Positions 25,877 through 37,800 of a DNA stretch of 64,000 nt are shown in pieces; position 1 is the first letter of the stretch, and every line of letters starts with the position of its first letter. This DNA comes from Yuukianura sp. NJ FZ-2021 (lineage: Eukaryota): NCBI GenBank assembly GCA_046563655.1, contig CM102290.1:4216001-4280000 (forward strand). The letters run 5' to 3'. The notes below the pieces were generated by a model, which made no database searches, had not been told where the DNA came from, and saw nothing but the letters and a program-made list of their open reading frames with translations. Position numbers and translations under genes: made by a program.

Positions 25877-28590
25877 TTACCAGTTGAGCAGCATATGAAT
25901 CGATACCATTTGAAGCAGAGGAAGTTTGGATAACAACGATTTGGAAGCATCAGACGAACTTGATTCAATTCTTGGCGTGCTTTCTGAAACATTGACAAGC
26001 GCATGCGTGATATTGAGCGACATGGAATCAACGCCGTTTCCATAAAAGTCAAGGACGGACGAATCATCCAGTTCTTCGGGAAGTATAACAGGAGGCGTGG
26101 TTTGTACTCTCAATTCGACAATGATCGTGGTAAAGTCATTGATCTTGACTTCGAATGGAACTCGCTCCACCTCGTACCCCTTGTGGCGAACCTCCAAGTT
26201 TAAAAAAAACAAGAGTTTTAAAAGTTTTCATGGTGACAAAATGTATACAACGCTTGCCTCCAGTGTGTATGTTCCTGGAAGAATCAAACGCCAGAATTCT
26301 CCATTCTGAGTGGTGCGCCACGGCATTGGAGTTAAATTCCTATCATCCAATTCTGCATTGGTTTTGAATTTGGTCAGTGAAGCATTGAAAATGGGAAGAT
26401 GCGTTTCAGCATCAATAACTTGACCTCGAATTCCATACTCCGTTTCTGTTGCCATCGTTAGCAATGCCTATGAACAGATAGACGACTTCATTTTGATTTG
26501 TTTTTCATGCTTAAAATGTTGTCAATTTACTAAAATTTGTTAAAAAATTTATTTGTTTTATTAACGTACTTACTTGCCGATTTGCCTCCCACATTTTTTC
26601 GAGGACGAGCTGCCTATTATCGTTTCGGCAGCAGCTTACAGCGACCATGATCTCAAATGTGCCTTGCGCATAGTTGTAGTCCATCATTGTTCCTAAATGG
26701 AGTCCTCAAGAGGTCAATTTCAATGCAAACAATCTCCAGTCATTTTTAGTACTTTTAAGAATGTACCGGATAACCCTGGCGGACCCCATTCAGCTCCATT
26801 TACGATTCCGGAAGCAAATGTACGCTTAATAGCAGGGCATGGCGGACCAGTGTCTTCTTCTATGACCAACAATGACTGGTTGATATTTTTGACATACGTC
26901 ATGGCTAAATGGACGAACATGTCATCGTCTGGAGTGGTGTGAGCACCGGTAATCGTAGACCCTTAAACCATAATAGTATTTGACGAAAATTTCATCATTT
27001 TGTTAAATTCCCTGGTGTATTTGCTTTTAATCAAGGTTCGTAAACAAACAAAAGTTTCTTCTACACCAGGTTGTCCAATAACTCAATGTTTTGAGAATTG
27101 TTAAAAAATTCGTAAAAAACTTTCTCCTGCAGCTTTCTTTGGTAATTATTTACATGTTGTATAATACAAATCGGAGGAAAAAAAAATATTGTTTTGAGAT
27201 TTTTTAAAATTCAGAGTTATTAGACAACCTATTGTAGCAATACAATTCGGTTGTCAAGCAACCTTGCTTTTAATTAAGCTTGTAGGCTTTACCGATGGGG
27301 ACTGAGTCGTAGGGATAAATCACCACCAAAGCTCCTGTCATGACCGAAACCGAAAGGACGAATGCATTGGACTGGATCCACGCCATGACGGCTTGTGTCT
27401 CAGGTTGTTCCGATTTCCCGGCTTTCGGATTAAACGTATCTGGAAAGTCCCGGTTGAGGTCAAACCCGGCTGCGTTATACCTTAATAGCATTATAGAATT
27501 TGAATTTTCAAAATCCTTGTACTTGTACATGAATTTTTGTTGTTAACCTTCCGTGACCTCCGTGACAAGCTCCAGGAATGGAGCGAATGAAGCCATCCGG
27601 ATTCATGTTCGGCAGAATGTGAATTTCATTCATCTCGAGGAGGCGTCGTTCCAGGGAATTTTCGTTGCTGAATGTCGTCACCAAATGCTTAGAATAAATT
27701 CAAAGTTTCAAGAAGTTTAGAATTTGGATTTTTTTTTCCTTGCATACTGAATTTGAGGATTTCCAAATTTTGGTACATGATGTACCAAATATTCAATTCG
27801 CTTTTTTGATCAGGGTTTGGATGCGTGGGCACTTATACACAATAATTTATGGCTATATGGCCGGAAACTGTGTTTTGACCAGTTGGCCATCATCTTCCAA
27901 GGATTGACAAACGGAAGAGGAAATCGTCTGTTCTAAGCAATCGCTTCCTAACAGTGTAGTAGCATTTCGTAATATTTTTTGGCTATATTTCGCTAATTAA
28001 TAGGCGAAATTTTGCCTTTTGACTTTTGACTTACGACACATCGAAAAGAAATTTTTTTACTAAAAATGTTTTGTTTCAAAAATTAAGAAAAAAGGTAAAC
28101 GTTAAAGTCAGCAAGAAACGGAAATGACTTAAGTACTAATTCAGTATGCACTAACCGTGATCAGTTTGAGGAGCAGGTAGCATGACGGTCCGTAATTTCC
28201 AATTATGTTTCCAACATATTTGATTCTTGGTCGAAGTAATGGTCGCTCAATTGGTTGGTCCGAAATTACAACCACCCATAAATCTCGACCTTGTAATTTG
28301 CAAAAACAAATTACAACAAATTGATTTTCAAACATGTTTTTTAGAAATGTTGAAAAGTTACCTTCATATGATTTCCCAATTGAATGGAGACGAGCAACAT
28401 GCGAGTACCTAGCGACCAACTGATGCAGAAACTTCGTCATTTCCTGGTAACCACAAGTTAACGAAGTAACCACGGTCGCATTACTGTTTTTGGGCTTCAT
28501 GTTTTGACCTGACACTGGTTCAGCTCCTAGCAATACGATTGGAGCCAATCGAAGACCAAGAAGACACAACTTCATGAGAAATGGCGTCAT
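25877..28590 (-). CDS. M14B (CPN/E/D/M-type) carboxypeptidase-like pseudoenzyme, signal peptide plus probable GPI signal; ~509 aa
   Basis: Eight exons: 28590-28362, 28289-28156, 27687-27548, 27480-27293, 26961-26767, 26692-26574, 26467-26258, 26191-25877. Scaffold motifs [53 protein letters not shown] and [10 protein letters not shown] are intact. Zn ligands and the catalytic Glu are substituted (IGNY, SVMTG, MVAVSCC). Reading frame is intact. Confidence 0.87.
27064..27234. mobile_element. Tc1/mariner-type MITE in intron 4 of the pseudo-carboxypeptidase
   Basis: TIRs of about 21 bp, caccaggttgtccaataactc / gagttattagacaacctattg (3 mismatches), flanked by TA on both sides (27062-27063, 27235-27236). 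AT-rich interior. Confidence 0.65.
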
Positions 28591-31128
28591 GTGGACAACT
28601 TACGTAACTTTTTGAATTCCAAACTTTCAATTTCTAACTCTCACCACGTGACTCGTGAATTGCAATTTGCAGGGGGTATTGTGGGTAGGATTGAAAGACA
28701 AAATGGATCTAGAATTCGGAGTGATTTGGATTTCTTATTAAATATTGGTTTGGTAGCAGAGAGTGACTAATCGATGTCATTTTAATAAGTGTATTTGTTC
28801 TTACAGTAGAAGACTACGAAGGAATGGACGCAGGAAGGGACTAGAGACCATTGGAATACAATGGAAAAATAAGGTACTTTTGGTAAAGAGATCCAAGTCC
28901 AAAGAAATCAGCCCTTGTCACTTGGAGCTGTGAGGAACTACTTCCGGTAGTGATAGAACAGTGACCATTTGGACTGAACATTTCATATCTAAGGAGAAAA
29001 CAAGGTCAGGTCAAATCAATCTTCTCCAATTTCCGAGTCACCCTTCATATCTTGTATCGTTTCAAGCCACTTATCATTAACTACGATTGTTCTTTACTGA
29101 TCTTTGATTTTCTGTTATAACTTGTTAATTTTGAACCAATTTTTAGGCAAAATTCTCTTTCTCACTTTTCCACAAACCATTTACAGTTTTTTTTTCAAAA
29201 AAAAAAAACATCGAAGGGCTTCCTTCCCACATGGCCTGGGTTCGGTGAACTTTCTTTTAAATTGCATGGAGCAAGGTGGCCAAAAAGATTTTGTTTGGGG
29301 CAAACCCCTTAGAACTGATTTTCTTTCACTCCATGAAAATTGGAAAGCGCAGCAAAACAAATTAAATTTATTTGGAAAGTGTGTGAAATTTGGCTTCAAA
29401 TTTTTCAACCTCAAACAATCTTGTTGGCAAATTAGAAAAAAAGGCCTTCATATATTTTATAACACCGACGATTGATTTCCAATCAGTTTTCAATAAAATT
29501 TTGTTTTCACCGAACAAGCAACCGTTCAAGTGGGACAAAGATTCCATTTTTTTTATTCCTGTTCGTGGTGAAAGTTTTCTAAGTTTTAATATTTTTGTCA
29601 GCAATTAAAATCAAACATGACATTTATTTGTAAGTAATAAAATACATGACTTCATCATGTTGAAAAGCTAATAACGTAATAACTGACGATATTTGGTCTA
29701 GGGTACGCTGGACGATGTGATGTACTAGAAGATGCTTCTGATGGGAGTGAAAGGAGGTGGATTTGGAATAATTCCTACACTCGCACGTGAACTTTCTCCC
29801 AAAGTAGACGCTGCTCCCACATCCCCAGCCTGCTCAGCAACAATAAGTCTCTTTGGTACACGCTAGGTCTTTGGTACAATAAAACCAACACGAATACAAA
29901 TCACTGCTGCGGGGGGATCACAGTCAACGGTCACGGTCTAAATCCGCTGCGGTTGTCTTCAAATGATGGAAAGACAATCATCCACTTCAATCTCTTCCAA
30001 GCGTCTCCAGGCTGGAATTCTGGGAGGACGTTTCATACTATAAAAAGGAATTCCTACAATTCAAAGACTTTAGCTCACGACATTTACTACAGTCAAGGCA
30101 AGTCTATTCTTTTTTCATTCTTTTTCGTTTTATTTAAACAATAAAAAGAAAAAAAAATGCTTTCAAAAGGAAGTTTTCCCATTTTTTGCAAACTGTTTCA
30201 AAGTAGGTTTTCCACAATGAGAACAATGTGTTTACACATGAATGAAAAGTATCACGTCCCATGAACGTTTCCCATTATTACAAATATTCTAAAATGGACA
30301 TTTACATGTAGACGTTGTAACTTTTATTTTATTTCCGTTGAAAAAAAAAACATCTTACACATTCCAAATTTGAAACTGCTTTTAAGCTCTAGTTTCATAA
30401 GCTTCAAGATTTATTTTAGATGGTTTTTTTTTTGAAAAAGTTTCCGAAAAATTCAAGGGAGACCAATTTCAAAAATTAAAAGTTAGTCACTGTCTGTTCG
30501 TTTTCTCAATTTATAATTCAGGGTTGGGAAAGGTCCAGTCATTTCTTTGGATATTCAAATCTTGAGAAATTGGCTGAAGAGAAAATACCTTCTCGGCAAA
30601 AATGAAAGTTTGTGGGAACATAAAAAATGTAGAAATGCTTTCCATTACTTTTTCTTGCTCAATTTCCCAAACTACAACTGGAGTAAACTAGTTCTTTACG
30701 ACAGGTTGGAGTGTTAGCTTTAGCAAGGTTGTCTAAACCAGAGATTCTGTCTTCTGAACAAGTTCTATGGGCATTAATGACCTTAAGGTTCAAGTCTTCT
30801 CATTTTTTGGTACACTTTTTTTTTAAGTTTCCAGAATCTGGCAAGGAATACGGGAAACTGTTAAATCTGGAACACAGGAGAGAAGGAAAGGAGGGCGTCT
30901 GGTTTAAGTTTACTTTTTTGGAGAATTAAAACTTTCCCAAGCGCGTATATTCCGCCTCCAATTCTTGTCGTCTAATTGGATTGTCACCTTCGTACGCCTC
31001 CTAGCACCAACTTCCAGCTTCTTCAGCCGTAGAGACTCCCGCCTCGAGAGAAAGTGACAAGTAGGCAAGCAGAGGCGGATATCTTGAAGTTGAGTTCAGA
31101 GCTTCCAGTTCCGTCAAAGAATTCTTAT

Positions 31129-31274
31129 TATAAATACAGGACTCTGGAGGGAGCCACAGAGTGAGTTCGTGGCTCGAGAAAACAATAGGAAAACTTTGGT
31201 GTGCCGCTTCAGTCACTCTGGGTCCAAGAGACTGCTGCCAGGATGTCTGCAGCCTCCACGCACTTTCACTTGCA
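31129..31274 (+). promoter_or_regulatory. Candidate TATA promoter and non-coding first exon of the active carboxypeptidase
   Basis: TATAAATA at 31129, an Inr-like sequence about 30 nt downstream and a strong donor gca|gtaagt at 31274. The carboxypeptidase ATG (34896) lies 1 nt after an acceptor (ttttggttgcag|gATG), which suggests an upstream UTR exon. Confidence 0.4.
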
Positions 31275-34200
31275 GTAAGTCAAATATCCGCTTTCTTCCT
31301 CCGTAACTTCCTAGCTTCATTGCCTCTCGCCCATCATCACTCAGAAAAAAGCCTAACCTGAAGAGTGGGAGTCTTTACGGAAGGCTCCCACTGCAGATTT
31401 AGTCTAAAGACGACTAGCGGATTTATAATTTGAATTTAGAAAGTTGGGAAAACGGGAGGGTTTGCATATTAGGGAAATCCAGAAGAGATCCGATGGAAAG
31501 TTATGCCTTTGGTTCGTGCTTTCTCTTAGAGAAACTTCGAAAACGGGTCCATTGGAGAAGTTTTAAGGGTTCGAAAATGGAAATGGAAACGAAAGGGTTG
31601 GCTACCGTGAAGAATTGGATGAGAATTTCTGCTTTAATCTTTTAGTGAGGCGGTTCCTCTTCCGACATAGACAAAATTTAATGCCGCATGAAAGTAGGAA
31701 CTTCTGTTTAGCAACTGAAAATACCCATAGTCTTCTGAGAGTTTAGAGGAACTCAAAAAAAATTTTTTTCAATTAAGAATGGGAGGGAATTAAGCAAAGA
31801 TCTCCGTTTCTAAAAATAAAAGTTTTAAATAACGTAATTTAATGGAAAAAAAAGTTTAAGATCGAGTCTGAGCCAGGACTTTAAAATTCAAAAATGTTAT
31901 TCCAAAAAAGTCGGCAAACATTAAAAATGAAATTCCATTGTTCAAATTTGAACATGAATTTTGAATTTGCAATTCTTGTAGTATACTTTGGAAAATTAAA
32001 CTGGCTCTTGGGTCACCCTTTATGTTAGATTCAATTTTTTAGTGGACTGGTATACTGTAGTTCATGCTGAAGTTGGAAAATAACCGTTGTTACTGGAGGG
32101 GTTTACTAAATAAAGAAGAACACTAAAGCGCTGAATTTGCCCTTTCGGTTTTGAATTCTCCCTCTCACTGCTGCGCCTCAAAGTTATCTTTGGCCAATTT
32201 GCATTTCATGAATTTGTTGGTTGCAAAAGTCTTTTTTCTCCTACCAAAATTGGATTTAAGTTTCTATTGCTTCTTACCTTCGTCCATGGAGTAACACAGA
32301 CGACTTCTCATTTTAGAAAAAGTTTTGAATTCTTTTAGACTTGACGTTTCAAAATAACGATAAGTTGCACTAACAATAAGGAACTATTGGAACAAGTTTG
32401 GTTTCTTGCGATGTCTAAATCACAGTTCCCCAGAAAAAAAAAGTTTTGTGACTTCTGGACAAAAACATCGGAGGATGACAAAGACTTTTAAGGAAATGGA
32501 AAAATCAGCTAACGATAACTTTCCTGCATTTTTTTTTGCTTGAAAGCAAAGGAACATTATTGTTTATGCACTTTTTTTACTTCTTCTTTTTTCTTTTGGA
32601 GAAAGTGGGAGAAAGTGAGCCATTTTCCATTTTCTCCAGCTTCCCGTCTAATTTCCTTTCTATTCTTCTAGATTGTAGTATCCCCTGCTGTTACTTGGAA
32701 ATTGATCCAACTGACTAGACCTCATTCTAACATCGAAGAAGCGTCATTTCCTATTATCATTATGGAGGAACATTACGTTGGGAACTGATTGTAATCCTGA
32801 AAAAAAGTACAAATTCCCAATTTTGAATCCAAAGAATTCACATAAGAGATTGCCAGATTGGCCTACTGGAAATCTAAAGGCTTTTGCGCAGATGAAAACA
32901 TTGACTTATAACGTGATGATCATGTAAAGTTGCACAGAGTTTAGAAATGACGTTTGTATATTAGTAAACAGTATGAAATATTCTGAGTCAGCGTAGCAAG
33001 TGCTTCGTCAAACTTTTCTTGGATGAAAGTAGGTCATTTCCGCTTATGAGTTATGACAATTGAGTTGTAGTCTTTGCATTTTATGCTGTTCGCCACTGTT
33101 CATCATTATTACTGAAAGTCTGATGACAAAGTAGAATTTGTTTGTAATTGTGAGTAATCTGGATGAAAGCGTGACATTTGCGGGACTTGTTTATTGCAAA
33201 TTGCTTTTGAAATCAGACCTAAAGTACCAAAATTATAGAGTTCACTCTCCTTGTCACAAAACCTAGAGACCGGAACAGTTCCTTCCGCTAGTTCATTTTT
33301 TTTGCAGTTTCAGCTCTATGTGCTATTCCTGGGAATTAATGTTGGTCTAAAAGTCATGCGAGTAGTCCATTTACAACTGTCGTGTGAACAAAGTCCAAAA
33401 ATAAGTGAAACTGTTAATTTTCCCATGGTAGAGCGTTTCTCTTTTTATTTTTAGAAAAAAGAAGGGACCTCTTGTTATTCCAAGGGCCCTTCAAAACGGG
33501 AAGTGCCTTTCACCGTTGTGGTTGAAGGACCTTCACCTTCACTGAAGATGTGGTTGGGATTTGGAATTTTGTGGAAATGCCTCTGCAGTAAAAGTAGTAA
33601 GAGCGGGCCAGAAATTCCAGTGCCAGAAATCCAGAGCCATTTTTGAGCCAAAAGAAGAAGTCGTTTCATGTTGATGAAGTGTCATGATTTCCTGGAAGGA
33701 GACTATAAACGACATAGTTATTCCCGCAAATCTCGTCCATTAGCGTCTTTTCAAATTTTGGCACGCGTTCTCCTCCTTCCTCCGTTGGCTACAGAAACGA
33801 CTCCGATAATAGTTATATTGATTCATGAACATTAGCTTAAACTCGGGGTAGTTTTGGCATCATTCAATTTTCATTTTCGCTTCATAAATTTGGTTATAAT
33901 CTTCAAATCAATTTAAACAACTTTTTCAAAATATTGACAAACAAAAGTTTGACAAGGAAATCCGAAATCTGTTTGCTAAATGCATTCTCGGTTAAGCTGC
34001 GTCGAAGCTTAATGTGGAATTTATTTTCGTAGAATCCGAGCGTTTTATTTGAGTCTAAGCTTTCGTTCCAGGTTGTTAACCCTATAATTTGAAGTTTAAA
34101 TTTACAATTCTTTGAGGAAATGACTACCTATGTAACCAATTGGGATTTGAGTCGGAGGACAACATTGGAATCTTGTAAAAGTAAATGAGGCTTCCTTTGA

Positions 34201-34895
34201 AGGGAAGTAAAGGGGAGGAATAATGCTAGTCATGGACGCAAGATTCAGATTCACATTGAGGAAGATGAAGCCAAAATCACCGGTTGAGAGGCACTCACTG
34301 CAGGGAATCAGACCATTGTCCTCGATTCCACCTAAAGTTTGTCTGTCCTCCACCAGCACATCATCATCATCATCCCCTCAGCCTTCATCCCCCGAAACAA
34401 TCAACGACAATCCCCACTTTGCAGTTTTCCACATCCAGAAAGTCAACCAAAATTAACTACCTTCCAAATTCAAAAAACTTGCTTCAGTTGACCAGTAGAC
34501 TTTGAACAGGTTGAACGATATGTCGGTTTAGTATTGATGCAGTAGTGATTTTGGAATCAGTGTAGTCATTTCCATTGGAAAAGTTTTTAGAAAGTGGTTG
34601 GGTTGGATTTGGAAATTTAGGACCAACAAAAGTTAATTTTTTATTTCGACAAGGTATAGTAAAAGTGTATAGCAAGTTTGGACTACCAGTTTAAAACAGG
34701 GTTAACCAAGACCACAAGGTTATTTGGGACGTGTAAATTTAACTGGTTGGCGATTTGACTGACTTTTGAGTAAAAATTTTTTGAATTGGGAGACAAAAGC
34801 TACAGAGAATCCAGAATTTTTGTCCTTCCAGAAATCCTTGTGATTTTTGTAAGCTTCACTTCCTGGACAAATACGCACAGTGTTTTGGTTGCAGG

Positions 34896-37800
34896 ATGAA
34901 ACCAGCAGTATGGTATCTGAGCATGCTCATTGTGGCCTTCCTCTACTTTTACGTTTTGGCAGTACAGTATATCCGTGCTGCGGAAATTCCACATGTGCCC
35001 AGAACGATTGCGTCTGTTGTTCCAAAGTTTGCACCGACTGGTGGAGGTAAGACCACCGTATAAAATGTTTCGAAGTTTTCCAAATGAAATTTTTCAAGTA
35101 CAATTGCCACACACTCTCCGTTTTTTTCAAATTTCATTTGAATTTCAAATTTGGAATCCAGGTCACTTGGCATCTCCAAAAGCGAGTCGTCAAAGAACTG
35201 GTGGACCAGAAGGACCTCCGCTGGATTTTACTTATCATGACTACGACGCCTTGACAACTTGGCTTCGCGGAATGAACGCTGCAGCCCCTGACCTCACTGC
35301 CCTCTACTCCATTGGCAGAAGCATTCAAGGTAAGACTAAAAAAAAGTTTGGGTTTTCATTTTTAGTAACTGAATTTAAAAAGTTAAGGTTGAAAAACGTT
35401 CAGGATTTGTGTGATTTTGCCAAAATTGCTAAAGTAGGTCTCCCTACACGTAGAATTATGAGGCATGACGGAGGCAGAAGACTCACCTGTACTTTGGATT
35501 CTTTTGTTATTCTAACGGGATTTGAGCTCTTCCTATCCCCAGTGAACACCTCCATCCATTATGTTTCTTTTGTCGAGGCTTGTGTATCTGATTGTATTCG
35601 GGAAGAAGAGTAGTGTAGTAGCGTTGCCTGAGTCTCTTGAGACGTCGGCCGTCATTCAGTGTTGTCTGAAGAATACATTTAGTTCGTTTGTTCCCGCAAT
35701 TTGGGATGTGGAATTGGTTGGAAAGTGAAGAGCACGGTGGTTTCCGTGCCTAGAAGAAAGAAGTGATGGTGGGGAAGGTGGGGCAGAAGTAATGATAATT
35801 TATGTTGGGAAGTGTATGGGATTTTGATGCCAGGAGAGAACAATGGGCGAATGGAGGAAGAATAAGGATTGCCTGATTTTTACTCCGTTGGGTTAGGCTG
35901 GGAGAAAGAAAGTGAAAGTAAATCGATATTGGAAATTAGATGATGAATGTGTGTAGGGGTTTGGGCTTATGGAAAGCTCTGCAGCAGAAAAGAAACATGC
36001 ATTTTGGATTTGGGAAGCGATATCCCAGTGCTGCACGACTCAAAGTCTAAGGACAACGTTTCATTTAAATTGCCCATACCCTCTGTACCGGGAAATTTCA
36101 AATAGAATCGAACTCCACATATAACTCACCACCTTTTCTAGAACTTTGACAATTGGATCTACACCTACCACAAACTGTATCAAAACCAGACGTCAAGAAA
36201 CCGATATAGCCCAACCTGTACTTTCGAAAGTTTTTTTGCTCACAATTCTAGAATTCTCTAGAATGTTACAAGGATTTCAATAGTGAAAGTCAATTTGAAA
36301 CGTAAAGGGATAATCCACCCTAAAACTCACTTTCCCAACGTATCTAGATTATGAATGGATTTCGTAAAGGTCAGATTCGGTTTGAATCAGTTGGAGATAT
36401 TTTGGTATAAGTTATTTTTAGTCGTGCAATCACATAGAGCCGCAGTGCTTCTGGATTTGAAAAATTTAGCAACGAGGGTTTGAGTAGAGAGGTCTTTTTT
36501 GAGGATATCCTCACCAGAGTCCATAGACGACGCCGACGACCAAAACATTGAACGGCACACTGCTGGAAGGCCCGCGTCACAGATCATTCATCATTTATAT
36601 TGATCTTAGTAAGGTTATCATGCAAAAGGCGAGTTGGGATTGGACTAGTGAAAGTAGAGAAATGGGAACAGATTCCAGCGGAGTCCGGAATGGAATGCCC
36701 GGATTCCTTGTAATATATTTCCTCCTTCCTCCAATTCAAAACTTACCGCCCTCACATTCCCCGTCATAAAATCCGCCTTCTCTTTTCAAGATTTTGGACA
36801 GATTCTGTTCTTCTGGATTCCGCTGACTCCTATGGTTTCATTTCTGGACAGGAGAGGAGGAACGTCAGAGCTTTTGTCAAAAGAGAAAGAAAAATGTACT
36901 TCCTCTACACCCAAGCGATGAAATGAGTGTTTCAACACTTTAACTTTCTCAGGGCACGTTGAGGTGTGAACTTGGGAATGTACTTTGGTAAAGCAATAAA
37001 GTTTAACCTTTGACCTAAGTTTGGCATGTCTTTATTCGCAGGGTTTTGAGAGCTAGGAAAGTTTTAAGTGTTTTCTGACAACTTTGAAATGACATTTGTC
37101 TTTGTCGTGTGTCTGTTCCTGTTTTTCTTTTCTTCTACGTATGTAGTAGTTTCAAACAGACGGTCGACAAGAGCTTTTCAAAAATGAAATCTCTCTTGTG
37201 TGGAGGCGGTTTATTTCAAAAAAGTTAGTCGCTTGAACTTCCAATGGAAGGGAAACACTTTTTTCAAAGGCTGCCACTGAAAATCGTTCAATTTCGTATC
37301 ATAGCTACAAAATTGATTACCTTTCAATGCAATGTAATACTCGGTGACATTTACGCCTGGCCGTGACTAACTAAAATACGCATATCATAAGTGATCAACG
37401 GAGTGACTGTGAAGGGAGATATTCTCTTTGAGTACCCTGAGATCTGAATTCGGATCGATTAAGTTTGTAAATTGATTTTTGTGCTTCTGGCATAAAATGA
37501 AAGTGGAATGGATTAGATTCGTGAGACTTCCAACATGGGAAACATAAAAAGGCGGTACGGGGATCAGTGGCACGTAGAATGCTGCCGTCAGCGTCACAAT
37601 ATATTTTCGTTACCGGAAAACTATGTTATGCGGCCGGGGACTGTTGGAGGGACACTGGGACACTTTGTGCTAGGCCGAAAAGCATAGTTGGCCATGTTGG
37701 ACTCTCTTCCACCGGGGAAATGTTATGGAAGTAATGCGGGAGAAGGCGGAAACTATTTCTCCTTTGACCCCAATATATTCTGCCACAGTCTTTTCTTACT

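Noticed and set aside
32913..32986. C-box (GTGATGA) and D-box (CTGA) spaced like a C/D snoRNA
   Set aside because: No clear terminal stem or recognisable rRNA antisense element. Such motifs occur by chance in AT-rich DNA.
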